From Nageia nagi (taxonomy: Eukaryota; Plantae; Pinophyta): a DNA stretch of 64,000 nucleotides. The stretch spans positions 62,000,001-62,064,000 of the forward strand of contig JBITNC010000001.1 of the NCBI GenBank assembly GCA_050084985.1, in the 5' to 3' direction. Position numbers and translations under genes: made by a program. The notes under the pieces are model-generated. The model saw only the letters and a list, made by a program, of their open reading frames with translations. It searched no databases and was not told where the DNA came from. How positions within the stretch are numbered: position 1 is the first letter of the stretch; the number at the start of each line of letters is the position of its first letter. This document shows positions 28,385-42,565 of this stretch, one piece after another.

Positions 28385-29026
28385 TGATACCCATCAAATT
28401 GTATATATAAATTGATATTTTATTGAATACTAAAATAAAAGTGAATATAATTAATCCCATACACACAAAAAATAATTAACACATTGATTTAACTTGGTTC
28501 ATCTAGTGTGGTCTAATCCAGCATGGAATGGGAGAACTTCTCTTATATTATCCATAGAGCATTACAATATGTACATGTACAATGGAGATACCATCAAATG
28601 ATAGTAATACACTTCCTATAGACCTTTGTAACATTCCTACATAATCTAATAATATATTATAATAGATAATGAATAATTTTATAATATGAATGTTAGTCTC
28701 CCTTGTAAGACCCCTCTCCAACTCTTCCAACCAACCCCTTAATAATGGAGAAGATAGCTACAATCTTTTTGGAATTACTAACTGGTGATGGTTCAACTCC
28801 AAAATGGTCTAGCTTTTGAAATGATCTCATCCCTTCAATTTCTTATCAAAATTGAACCAAAACTATGGCATGGATGACCTAAAACCTCTTTCACAATAGC
28901 CTCGATGCTATCCTTCTTATGAGATCAAGCCACCAAATTTTAAACATCAACTAATCTCCAAATATAACAACCTCTAAGATAGCTCTTACTCCTAAAGAGA
29001 TCAACCAATAGATGCATTTGAGATCA
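28385..29026 (-). repeat. 3' LTR of element 3
   Basis: On the minus strand, a purine-rich tract (tagggagttg) is followed by TGATCTC... and the segment ends ...GGGTATCA. TGAT/ATCA termini. Confidence 0.65.
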
Positions 29027-32000
29027 CAACTCCCTAATAGGGAAGCATTTGATCCCATAAATACTTATGGAATAAATATAAGGATACAAATCCTCCACCT
29101 TGGATTTCTCCATCCACTAGGCTCTATTAGGTATCTATCCTTTTAGTACAACCAACCATAGCTCAGTTTCATCTCTTCTTGTAGAATGAATATTCTTTTG
29201 CAATATAGAGTCCTCATTGAGTTCATCCATAGTATGAAGAGCTAGATCATCAAGAGATGGAAAAATCTTATTTGAGCTTCCTCTTCCTTAATTAACATAT
29301 ATGGCTCATACAATTTCAAGTTCTTGACATCCAAAACCAAATTTAGAAATTCATATATATGGATATATTCAATCTATGTGAATTCTCACTCACTTTCTTT
29401 ATAATTTTGAAAGGTCCTTATAGGTTTCAACTTCTTAGCTACTCTTTACAACCTCTCCTTATTGAGACACAACCAAATATGATCTCCCACATGAAACTTA
29501 TGGTAAACCCTATGCTTTTCATACCTCAATTTGAACTTATCTTGGCTTTCCTTAAGTTGCTCTTGACCTTTCAAATGAGTTTACCTAATTCTTTTCACAA
29601 ATGCTTCCTCTTGCTTTTCCTCCTTCATAATTTAATCTCCTTAATCCTTTTGATGATCAAACATACAATCAAATGGTGAGAATGCAAAATTACTAAAATA
29701 AGTCTCAAATGGAGTTTTATTCATACAAAAATGAATTTACCTATTATATGATTATTGAATATATTCAAGATGTTCATCCCAGGATTTAGGATTCTTACTA
29801 CAATAACCTCTTTAGAGTTTAACTATTTTTCTACTCACCACTTCAATTTTTCCATCCATTTGAGGATGACAGGTAGTACTTCTCTTCATGCTTGTATCCA
29901 TCTTCTCCCATAAACTAGTCCAAAACTTGCACAAAAATCTACTATCCCTATCCAACATAACAGAAGTAGGCAACCCAAAATTAACCCAAACATGAGAAAA
30001 GAATGCATTTGTAGCCTCTTTCCTATAATATTCTTCTTACATAGAATTAAAACACACATCTTACTAAATCTCTAAACCACAATGAACAAATAGTCATTGC
30101 CCTTCTTGTAAATAGGAAAACCTCCCATAAAATCCAATGATATACACTTACAAGGATGATTTGGTACTGGAAGTGGTTGATACAAACCAATTTTTTGTTA
30201 CTAGGCTTACTTGTATGATATAAAGAATAATGTATTTGGGCAACTTCTTGTAACTTGGGCCAATAAACATACATTTGCAAATTATGTAATGTATTTCCAA
30301 ACCAAAAAGGGCCAACTATTTTGGATGTATGAGCTTATATGATCAATCCAATTCTCTCCCCTTTAGGAATACATAATGCATTAAAATGATAAAGAAGTAT
30401 ATCTTTCAATTGAAAATCATCCATAGCTTCATAATCCATTCTATATGAAATCAAGCTTTGATATACTTCTTTGAAATTAGAATCATGTATATATACTTTT
30501 GAATACACCTTAAATACAAAAAGATAAAATTTCATTACTGTCAAAGAACCCATTTTAACCTTTATACACAATGTCAATGCCTTATGGTTAGTATTGTAAA
30601 GTGAAAGCACTATGATTTCTATATAAATAGGTGGTCTGAAAAGCATATCTATAATCTTATTTTGGTTTCCCATCTTATACTTGATAATCAAGTAAAATTG
30701 TTATAAAAAACCATCCATCTAAAGTGCCTAGTTTATTTCAACTTTGACTAAGTTTGCAAATACTTCAATGGATGATGATTAGTATGTGTGGTTTTTTTCT
30801 TACCTATAAAGTAATTCCTCAACTTCTTCACTTCTTGATATATTGCATACAACTCTTTATTATATGTAGAATAATTCAAAATTGATCAACTAAACTTTCC
30901 AAAATGGTAGCATATTGGTCTTCCTCCTTGTAATGAAACTTCTCCAATGGCATAATCACTTGCATTAGTATCAATTTGAAAAGACTTATGTAAATTAGAA
31001 AGTGCCAAAATAGGTGTAATAACAATATTTTGCTTCCAATTCTCAAAATATTATTGTTGTTTCTTTCCCCATTAAAAAACTTGCCTCTTACCTGTAACAT
31101 CATAATAAGGGAGAAATAAATAATAATTTTCTCAAATATTAAACATCACCTAAATAATTCCTTAGTTTAGTGACATTAGATGATCTCGGTCAATCTATAA
31201 TAGTACTAACCCTTTGAAGATCTATTTTAAGTTGTCCACATCTAATAATATGGCCTAATTAAAAACAACAAATACTGCTTACCAAACTCACACTTCTTCT
31301 TCAAAAGCAACTTCTCCTTTTGCAAACTTTGTAGCACTTATCTAAGATGTACCAAATGTACCTCCCAATTAGAATTAAATACAATAATATCATCCAACTA
31401 AATAATAACAAATGAATTAATATATGGATGAAGAACTTCATTTATTACCCTCATAAATGTAGTTGGTGCATTATGCAAACCAAATGGCAAAATAAGACAC
31501 TAAAATAGGCCTTGTACTTTCATGAAGGTGGTATTCTAAATATCCTCCTCCTTGATCCATGTACTTGATCATATCCACTTATCAAGTCTAAATTGGTGAA
31601 GAAACTTTCCCCTTGTAACTAATCTAAAAGATCATCTATCTAAGGTAGTGAATAGTGATTCTTGATGGTAATTTTGTTGAGTGCTCTATAATCAATACAC
31701 ATCCTTCAAGTTTGATCCTTCTTGGGAATCAAAACTATAGGTGACCCACATGGAGATGTACTAGGTTTGATAATACCCTAATCAACCAACTCTTTAATTT
31801 TCCTTTTAATCTCCTCTTGCTCCAAAATTGATAGTTTATACAATATTATATGGAGAAAATAAACATCAAGTAATAGTTGAATATCATATTATATATCCTA
31901 CATAAGAGATAGTCCCTTAGGCTCAAAAAACATCATAGAAAATTCTAGAACTAATCTCCACATATCATCCTCTCTTCTAGACAATGTTGGTGCTCTGGAT

Positions 32001-32620
32001 TTAGAATAGCATGGTGTGGATGTCATGATCTTAATAGACCTAGACTCTTCTACCTTGATAATGAGTAGAACAAGCCACTTACTAGTATTTATATATCATT
32101 TGATTTGAATGGTAGTGATCAAAGGTAATTTCTTATTGTTATTACAAGCACTAATATGAAAAATCTCTCCATCCTTAATCAATTTATACTTATTCAATCT
32201 TCTATAATAAAAAGCATCTTTATCCCACAAATAAGGATTATCAAGAATAACACTACAAATATCTAATGGAACAACATCAACTAAAATTTTATCAATATAC
32301 TTTGTACAAATAGAAATTTTCAACTTACATTACTTAGTAAATTTAATACTAGTATATTTATGTATATAACTAAAAGATATGGATGAGGATGGTTGTAGGT
32401 ATTCAACCTAAAATTATTTATCATAATCTCATAAATAAGTTTTGTTTGAGAACCTGAATCAATGATGTAATCAACTCTTGTATTTTTAATTTGAATAGTA
32501 AGGTGGAATAAATGAATCTTTTGTTCTTCAATATCTTTATCTTCTTCAACATTATGAATGGTTGAATAATTAATCTTCTCATCAACATTTAAACTTCTCT
32601 CAACATCTGATGTAGATTCC
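28385..32620 (-). mobile_element. 5'-truncated, decayed chromovirus-like Ty3/gypsy element (element 3)
   Basis: Protease (LFHLTIQIKNTRVDYIIDSGSQ ~32445-32515), RT (LPFGLHNAPTTFMR...*LDDII ~31380-31500), RNase H, integrase (LLYHFNALCIPKGERIGLII; GPF before 29420), chromodomain-like C-terminus (~29080-29210). No aRH. gag and the 5' LTR are missing. Confidence 0.88.
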
Positions 32621-34408
32621 TACAAGAGACCAAAATTGATTCACAACACATAAGTAAATCAATGGAGGAAAAAAATTCACTAATTCCTCAAAAGGTGAAA
32701 TGTCCTACTTTCTAACACAAAATAAACCCTATATTTCACAACAATTTTTTTTTTTTTTTCAACAAAACATTAAATGTTCAAATTCAAACAATAACAACAT
32801 TAACCAATTCATCCATTTATAAATCAAGTTTGAAACTTTACATTTTTTAAATATCTAACATTCATATCAAAATAATGGTAATAATATTTTTAAGATACCT
32901 ATTAAACATAACATCATATTCCTTTAAAATGTAATAAAAATAAATAAACATATAATTTTAAATACTAAAGTATATTTCATTTTTATCAAGTATATGCATG
33001 AATCATTTCAATTTACAACTCAATTAAAAAATATATAACTTATTAATACAATTATATTTTTCATTGTAAGCCTCCATGTTCTTCATCATCATCAAACTTT
33101 CTCATAACATTCTTGAACTACTAGCTACATCTAACATAAGCATATTTTTGGGATTAGAACCAACTATTCAAATGATATGCATAACTAATTATTTTAATGC
33201 ATTTTCATACATTCACATGAATTTATGAGAAACTCAATTCAAATCCAATGCAAGTAACATTCAATACATAATAATCTTCATGCATTTAAACTATGATTTC
33301 CAAATATAGAAATCTCAATAATATCTAGTGAACTTTTCATCATACAACTATAGTGCTTCCTTGTTCATCTATACAAATATATACTTTTATTTTCATCAAA
33401 AATAATCATCATAGAAAAACTATAACCAATAAAAATCAATTATTGTTTAAAAAATTTATTAAACAAACTACATAATTCCATACACATACATGAATTCAAT
33501 ATCCTACTCAACCCTTACATTCATATTCATCTATATTCAAAAAAGAGGACTATCTTCTATTAGCAAATTACCTCTGCTAAGGATAACTCTTGTCCCTTAC
33601 TTAATAGGACATCAAGGCACATCGACATATTAAAAATGATTCATTGAATAATTCATTGCTTGGTCATCATATCAAACATTAATTTAGTTTTTACTAGCCA
33701 CATTTGCTCTATCACATATTTGATTACATTATCTTACCTTATAATGTAATCATATCAAGCATTATCAAATATTACAATATTAATACATACATGGTATAAT
33801 CCTACCAAAACTAGTGATCCTTGAACTAGTCATATAGTAACTCACAAGTATAATACATTTATTATTAACTATTATTTTGAACAACATACTTTCCATGTTG
33901 TTGATAAGGGTTATGAATCATGCCAAAATACTATTCAAAATCATTCAAAAAAAATTAGGAAAGGAAAGGTATAGAGTTTTCAATTTCAAATTAATTTTTC
34001 TACAAGTTAATTGAGATATAAATCTTAAACCATAAACCTTGATGGATTCCATAAACATATTTCAATAATCAAGGATCTTTCAACATTATCATACTACCCT
34101 ATGCTAATGAAGATCTTGTGTCCTTTATATAGATATTCACTATTATTTATGTCTACTTACATAAAGTGCTTTCATATCACAACATATCAAAAAGAGATAT
34201 ACCATCATTCTAGAATGAGTTCAAATTCCTCTATCAAATTTGATCACCTTATTTAAAATTTCAAAAGTTTCATAGGGTTAATTTGCATATAAGGTAAGAA
34301 ATCAACACTTGAGAAAGAATATACCATTCTCCAAATGATTTCAATCACCCCATTCAAAAATCTTTGAAACTAAGTAAATTTAATTTACGTAGTTTATTTC
34401 ATATACAT

Positions 34409-35035
34409 TATAGATAGAAAATAATGCACAATGCAATAAACAAAATAATATTCCTCTACTATCCAAATATTACAGTATGCATTTGAAATATACTAGTAAT
34501 CATGATAATAATCAATGTACCTTATTAGATGTAGAAGTACCAATTATATAACATATCTACATGTAATCATTTTAAACACAATCAACATATGAATGGCATC
34601 GACATCCCTAATATTAGAATGCCACCAATGATGTGAATTATTAGGAATTACATGTGCAAATAATGATATGAATAATGAAATGAAGGGATAATAATAGATC
34701 AACTGATATGTGGTGTTACAAAATATTATTATTATCCAAAAGTATGATAGGCATTAAGTATCTTATCCATTTGATGATAATTTGTTCATATGTTAATTTT
34801 TATCTTTTATATTCTTTTATAGCCACATCTAGATCTTTTCCTCACCTTGGTATCATCATACATTACATAGTCAATAGTGCCTTTATCGACATTTGATAGA
34901 ACCTACATTGTTTAGTGATCCTATTACATTAAATATAATTCCTTGGGGTATATTTTGACCCTATTGTTTACAACATATATTTCTTGATACTATAAAAATG
35001 AATTATTTATAAGAATTCATTTTTAGGTATCTACA
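34409..35035 (-). repeat. 3' LTR of element 5
   Basis: Minus strand: PPT aaagaggggcaaa, then TGTAGATACCTAAAAATGAATT; ends ...tgtgcattattttctatctata. Homologous to both ends of the element 4 LTRs. Confidence 0.85.
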
Positions 35036-35506
35036 TTTGCCCCTCTTTAGAGATGTGATGAAAGACATTGAATTACTTATCGAAAGAATAATAGTGTAAG
35101 AAAAGTTTGAGAACTTTGAATATTTTATTTGATAATGTGATCTTTTGATGTAAGCCCTTTCTCTACGCCATTTTTATTTATTTTTCCCAAGAACAATAAG
35201 CTTTGCTAGTACAACTAAGATAAAATATCTTAATATGTTGCTCCTTGTTATACTTTAGTATGGAATGATGTGCTTCCTCATAGTTGAAGTCTTATATCTT
35301 AAATTCCATATTGGGATAGATAGGATATATGCATTTTGGAAATTATAACTTTTCTAAGTAATATTGGATGATGCTAGTGACTTGTCATATTTGCTTTTAC
35401 AACATGGATTCTTTGAACCATTTGAAATTTTTTTACCTATAGAGAAAAAATAGATTAGAATATACCCTATGAAAGAAGATTGCATTAGTAATATATCAAC
35501 CTTTAT

Positions 35507-35841
35507 GGATACACATTGAAATGCATCTTTCAATGGGTATGAGCCAATATCAACATTCTCACTTATGATTATATTATAAGTTTACATTTAAGTGAGTGAA
35601 CTCTTACTAGTTGTATCACTAACCAGTAGTGATCGAGCATTTTATGTCCCTAATTTATAGATATTATTCTTTTTAAATCTATAAGAATAACCATTTTGGA
35701 TACACAGTAAGGTGTATCATCTATTGGATATGAGCCAATGTTAACATCCTTGCTTACATTTGTATCATCATTTTACATTTAAGTGAGTGAAGTCTCACTA
35801 GTTGTATCATTGGCCATTGATGATCAAGTATTTTATGTCCC
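35507..35841 (-). repeat. Two copies (period ~191) of the same 3' UTR module in element 5
   Basis: The plus strand reads tttacatttaagtgagtgaa...actagttgtatca...ttttatgtccc twice. Confidence 0.88.
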
Positions 35842-35855
35842 TAATTCAAAGATAT

Positions 35856-36474
35856 TGTAGATGCCTAAAAATGAATTATTATTTATTAAATAATTCATTT
35901 TATAGCATCAAAAAATATTTATTATAAAAAGGGATAAAATATATCCAAAGTAATGTAATCAATATAATGGACCAATGTATGATGTAAAGAGTTTCAAATA
36001 TCAATAAAGAAAATACAAACAATTTAATATGCAATGATCCCAAGAAGTAAAGAAGATCAAGATGTTGCTATAAAATAATATGAAAGGAAATAAAATCAGA
36101 TATTGATAGACATCAAGAGAGAGAAACAAAATATGCAATACTATTCTATTTGACCAATAATGGTGTTTTGTAAAACCACCTCTACATAGATATGTTAAAT
36201 CCTTCATCTTCCTTTCATGCATCTTTACTTTTTTTCATAGATTTGCTTCTTTCATGTAGCTAGTGGCATGTTCTTAGGCCATTGGCAATATGTGTTTCTT
36301 ATGTTACACTACGATGATTGATGTATGATCTTTATTATTCATATTGATATAAATATGATAAAGGTACATTGATTATCATGTTTGTTTGATGCTATATTTC
36401 TAATATATGCTTCAATATTACATTATAGATGAATAGTTCTTTGCTTTATAACTTGTGTATTATTTTAGTCTACA
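35856..36474 (+). repeat. 5' LTR of element 4
   Basis: tgtagatgcctaaaaat...ttagtctaca, colinear with 43127-43747. Confidence 0.95.
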
Positions 36475-39400
36475 TTTTGGTGAACCTAACTATTTTGATT
36501 AATCTTGCTCTACTGAAAAAGATATCATGAGATTTTGATAAGGGATATATGTTGTTAGTGGTGTTCATAAATTATTTATACATAGTTAATGGCATAAAAA
36601 TAGAAGAAACTTTAGCAAAGATGGCATAATTGGAAAATGAATTGGAAACTATATGAAGCAGAATGGCCTCAATACAAAGCTATGGTAGTAGTTCGCAATT
36701 AGTTTTAGATCCAATACTAGCTACAAGGTTAAAAACTCTTGAGAATAGCAATAGATCATAGAAAAAAAAATAAGACTACCTCATCCTTGTCGAATGATAT
36801 CCACAACTATCCCCTACCACCTAAGAACAAGGCCCTTAATTTTGAGATGTTTAGTGGTGAACAAGACCCAAAGTAGCATCTTATCAACTTTCAAGAGGAG
36901 TGCTTATTGAAATTGGGATTGGAGGAGAAATTAATAGCCAAATTTTTCCCAAGGAGTTTAAAATGTGACACTAGTCAATGGTTCTATAATTTTTTAGGGG
37001 AATTGATAAATGCATTCAAGTAATTGGTAAAAGTATTCATGGGTCAATACAAGCATAATGTTGAAGAGTAATGAACTATTACAGAGTTCTATGCAATATG
37101 TTAAGAAAACAATGAAACCCTAGAAAAGTATATTCCAAGATTCAAAAAGATATGGTAGTCTATTTATAGTAAATTACATGAAAATAAGATACATAGTATA
37201 TTTAGAGATTATATTTTTCCAATCATTAACTTGCATGCTATAAGTAATAAGAATATTGGATTTGGGGTATTAGTATAAGAATTATCGCAAAAAGAGAAAG
37301 TTTTGCTTGAGTAAGGAGATCTCAATTATACATATACTCCTTATACTAAGGAGAATCAAAGAACATATACAAGCAAACAAGAAAAGATAGTGAATATGGA
37401 TGACACACCTACCTCTCCACCTAAATTGACAAGATCATCTACAACAAGAGAAATAAGGTATACATGTCCAATTCAACCAAGATTTATTATGAGAGATATG
37501 ATAAAAAGAGGTTTATTACAATAATTAGAGAAAATAACACAAGATGATAATATTCCTATGGGAAAATCTTATGATTATTTTACTTATCATTAAAGAAAAG
37601 GTCATACTACAAATTTTTGCAAACCATTGGAGGTAGTGATTATGGATCTTATTGCCTAATGAAGATATGAAATTGATTAGAAAGATTCAGGTCTAGAGGT
37701 AATATTGAACATAGTTTTAGTTGATAAAGAAGTTTATTTGGATTACAAAAGGGGAATCCAAGACATATCCCAAATTTGGTTACTACAAAACAAGTGTCCT
37801 ACATGATCCTATAAGTTATAGCATGATTAAACAATTGAAAACTACTCTTGCAAATATTAGTTTGTATGATCTCATTTTTACATCTAAAACACATAGGGAG
37901 ATATTATATGCTTTGTTCAAAAAAGAAACAATCCCTTCAAATAAGTTTATTGCTATGTTCTCATAAAAAACTTAAATTTATTAAGGAATGTGATGCCATC
38001 TCTTTTTATAAATCTGAAAAGCTTAGTAAAGAACTCCTTGGTGAATGTCTAGCTTTGTATATCACACCTATGGTAGATGGATGGGAGATAAAAAGAACAT
38101 TGGTAGATAATGGCTCAACTATTAATGTATGTTCTCACAAAGTTTTTATACAACTCCAAGAAAAAGGTGTAGAGATACCTCCCTTAGAATAAGCTACATT
38201 CAAAATTAGAGCATATGATAGTTCATGAAAAAAATGAATTGGTATGGCTACAATCTTCGTTAAAATAGGAGTTAGAATAGTTGAAACTCAATTGCAGGTT
38301 GTGGATTCAACATTTTCATATAATCTTTTGTTAGGAAGACCTTAGCTTCATGATGTGGATACAATCCCATCCACAGTCCATGGTATTTTGAAATTTGAAT
38401 ATTAATGAAGATTTATGGTTTAATTATACTATACCACTTGTGTTTGATTTCTTTAATACTAATGATGATATTTTAGAATACTTGGAGGCACATTCAAAAT
38501 TTCCTAAGTCCAACAAAAAATGGAAAATAAGTTGTATTCTTAATGAGTATGCATATTTTGGACAAGAAGTGAACTTTAATGAAGTGTTTCAAGTTCAATA
38601 AGGAGATGATGATGCAAGTGACCTACAAGGATTATAATAGCTACCTTCATTGCTACAAAAAATGAATGAATTAACATTCTCAGCTAAAGAGTTAGCAAAT
38701 GTCAATATTGAAATAAGTAATGAGAAAAGGTTGGTCAAAATTGGAGCATCCCTTCCAATACCTCAGCAAGAAAGGTATAGAAATAAATTTATTAAAAATC
38801 AAAAGAATTTTTCTTGGTCTTATGTTGATATGTTTGGTTTAGATTGCTCTTTTATTATGCATAATTTACCACTAAAGGAAGGAGCTAAAGAAATTAAAAA
38901 ATAAATCAAGAAAGATGCATTCTTCTAAGGCCTTGTTATTCAAGAAAGAAATAGAAAAATATTTGAATGTTGGATTTATTAAACTAATTAATTATTCAAA
39001 ATGGATGGCTAACATTATTCCTCTTACAAAACCTACTGGATAAATAAGGGTTTGTACTAATTTTCATGATATCAATAATGCTTATCCAAAAGATGATTTT
39101 CCATTACCTAATATTGATATAATTGTGGATAGTATTGTTGTTCATGATAAATTATATTTTATGGATGGAGTTTTAGGATATATCCAAATATTAATCAATC
39201 TAGCTGATCCACATAAGACTATTTTCACTACACCATGGGGAAATTTTTGTTGGAAGGTTATGCCTTTCAGATTGAAAATGGCAGGTGCAACCTACTAAAG
39301 GGCTATGGTGTCAATGTTCCATGAGAAAATTTATAAATCACTAGACATACATGTTGATGACATCTTGTTCAAATCAAAGTAAGTACAAGATCATTTAGAT

Positions 39401-42230
39401 CTCATTGAAAAGGTATTTCAAATCCTAAAAAAGTATAAGCTTAGACTCAAACCTCAAAAGTGTGCTTTTGGTGTTACTTTAGGAAAATTGCTTGGATCAA
39501 TTATCTCAAAAAGAGGCATTGAGGTAGATCCTAATAAGGTAAATGCTATAATAAGTATGCTAACTCCAAGGAACCTCAAAAAACCAAGGATTCTTTAAGA
39601 AAATATAAACTTAGTAAGAAGATTCATTTTTAAACTTGGAGATAAATGTAGGCCATTTATTCATTTGTTGAAAAAAGATGTCAAGTTTGTGTGGGATGAA
39701 AAATATCAAAAAGCATTTGGGGATATAAAACAATACTTATTAAATCCTCCTATCTTAGTGCCTATGGATTTTGCAAAGTCATTATATCTTTATATATTAG
39801 CCATTTTGTATACCTTGGGGTTAATTTTGTGTTAGAAAAATGATGGGAATAAAGAAAGGGAAATATACTACCTTAGAAAAAAAATTTGAATTATGAAACT
39901 AGATACACACCCATGGAAAAGTTTTACTTTGGTATTATTTTTGCTACATAAAAATTGAGGTATTATATTTTATATTACACTACATATGTTGTTAGCCTAG
40001 TTAACCCAATAAAATATCTTGTAGTAAAACAACATTTATCAGGAAGAGTAGCAAAATGGTTGATATTATTGCAAGAATTTGATATCAATGTGGTAAAGAA
40101 AAAATCCATGAAAGGGAAGGTAATTCCAAACTTTATAGTAGACTTCCCCCAAAATGATAGTACAATGGTACACAAAGAGTTCCCAAATGAATTTGATGAG
40201 GATTCACATAGATAATAGCACGAAATAGTGATGAAAGGTCACCAACAGTGTGATATAGAAGAAATGAAGTTTTCATATGAGTTCATATTCTACATGGAGG
40301 ATGAACCTATATCTTGGATCCTATATTTTGATGGATTTAAGTGTTCTTATGGAGTACGGGTACATATTATCTAGATATCACTTACCAATGTGGTAATTCC
40401 TATGGATTATAAAATTGGATTTAAGTGCACCAATAACATGGTAGAGTATGAAGATTTGATTTTGGGATTAAAAGTAGTTATAACCCTAAAAATAAAAGAT
40501 TTGGAGATCTATAATGATTCATATCTTTTGGTAAATCAAGTTAATGATACATATAATACAAAGGATGAAAAGCTAAAACCATATAAAATAGTGGTTGCTT
40601 TGTTTTTTGATGAGTTTAATAGGTACAGTATTCAAAATATTCCAAGGTATAATAAGAAGTATATAGATGCAATGGCAAGTGCAGCTTCATTAAAAACTAT
40701 TGAGATAGAAGATGAAGAAACTATCCTCAAGATTCAAAGGCTTGTTGCACCTTCTTACCTTGATCACATAGATGAAGAATATACATACCACCTTAATATA
40801 GAAAGTGATCCTCAGCAATGCTATGTTGATATTTACAATTATTTGAAAATCAAATAATGTCATGTTGATATATTTAGAAATGAAAAAGTTATAATAACAA
40901 GGATAGTTGTTAAGTATGTGATTATTGGTGAAGTGTTATATACAAAGTCATTTGATAGATCTTTGTTTAGATGTCTAACACAACATGAAACAACAACAAT
41001 ATTAGAACAAGCACATGATGGGTTTTGTGGAGGAAACTTCTATGCAAAATCATTGTATGCTAAGCTTTTGTGAATTGGGTATTATTGGCCTATAATAGAG
41101 GAGGAATAAAGATTAATATTAAAACCTATTTACAATATCAAAAAGCATGCAAATTTGAAGAAACACCAACTCAAGAGTTGAATTCCATAGTTTCACCTTG
41201 GTCATTTGCAACATGGGGCATAGATTTGATTGGGCTTATCAATCCACACTCAAGAGAAGGTCACAACTTCATTATCACAACTATGAAGTTTACTACAAAA
41301 TGGGTTGAAGTGATCCTAATGAAATCAATGACACAAGATAATATCATTGTATTCTTTATAGAGAATATCATTACCAGGTTTGGGATGCCAAAAAGGTTGA
41401 TCATAGATAATGGGAAAAATTCTAAAAGTAAATACATGAAGGAATTTTGTAAAAAGTTTCACACTAGTAATTTTCTTCAGTTTATTACCCTTAAGGAAAT
41501 GGTCAAGCAAAAGCATCAAATAAAATCATAAAGAGCATTTTTTCAAAAACTTGGGATAGATACAAGAAAAATTGGCATAAGCAGTTACCATATGCATTAT
41601 GGGCATATACAACAAGCATTAGAATAGCTACTAGGGCAACACCATTTTCTTTAGTTTATGGAGATGAGGTTGTAGTACCATTAGAGTTGGAGTTGCAATC
41701 CTTATGAAATCCTTATGAATTTCATTACAAGGATAAATATTAGATGAAAAAGCTAAGAAATATAGATTGCAACAATTAGAATCACTTGATGAGAAGAGAA
41801 TCAAGGAAATTGAACATCAGAAAGCTTATCATGCAAAATTAAAAAGGGCATTTGGAGAGAAAATCAAACCAAAGGAATTCAAAGTGGAAGACTTATAACT
41901 GAAAGAAAATATTAACAAGATAGTTGTAAATGATGAAGTAAAAGGGAAATTTGAATTAAATTGGTTGGGCCAATTTGTTGTAGTTGAACCAACAAGATCA
42001 GGAGGTTACAAGTTATCATCCATGGATGGAAAAGAAGAACTAAAAAATTTCAATTCCATGCACCTAAAAATGCTTCTTTGCATGAGACAATGGCTTTGAC
42101 CTTGCGAAATAATAAATATTTTATAAAAGGTACATGCCATGTAGATAATGGCATGCTTTACTATTTTTTTGCTACCAACTACATAAAAAAATAAAAATAA
42201 AAAATAGACAGTATAATGTCTCCATACCAT

Positions 42231-42565
42231 GGACATATAAATGCTAGGTCATTAATGGCCATCGATATGACTAGTGAGAGTTCACTCACTTAAAAGATAA
42301 ATCAATGATACAACCATAAGAAAGATGTGTACATTGATTCATCCTTAATGGAGGATACAACTTGTTATGTATCCACATGATTTTTGCTTTAAACCATACA
42401 AAGCATAATACCTAGGTTCATAGACATAAAATGTATGACCACCAATAGCCATCGATATGACTAGTGAGAGTTCACTCACTTAAAAGATAAACTGATAATG
42501 TAATCATAAGTAGACTACTAGCATTGACTCATCATTAATGGATGACATAACTCAATATTTATCCA
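42231..42565 (+). repeat. Two copies (period 190) of a hairpin-rich 3' UTR module in element 4
   Basis: A 44-nt block is identical at 42258-42301 and 42448-42491. Homologous copies lie on the minus strand in element 5. Confidence 0.9.

Noticed and set aside
32620-34400. Possible decayed exons of a DNA transposon or gene
   Set aside because: No motif could be recognised by manual translation. The same applies to 26500-27000 and 60300-62300.
36475-36495. Assigning a specific primer tRNA to the element 4 PBS
   Set aside because: tggtgaacctaac is too decayed to match confidently without a tRNA search.
42231-42565. Hammerhead ribozyme / retrozyme reading of the repeat module
   Set aside because: ctgataa-like text appears in one copy only. 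The four copies point to an ancestral ccga(c/t)ga, and no correctly placed GAAA core is seen.
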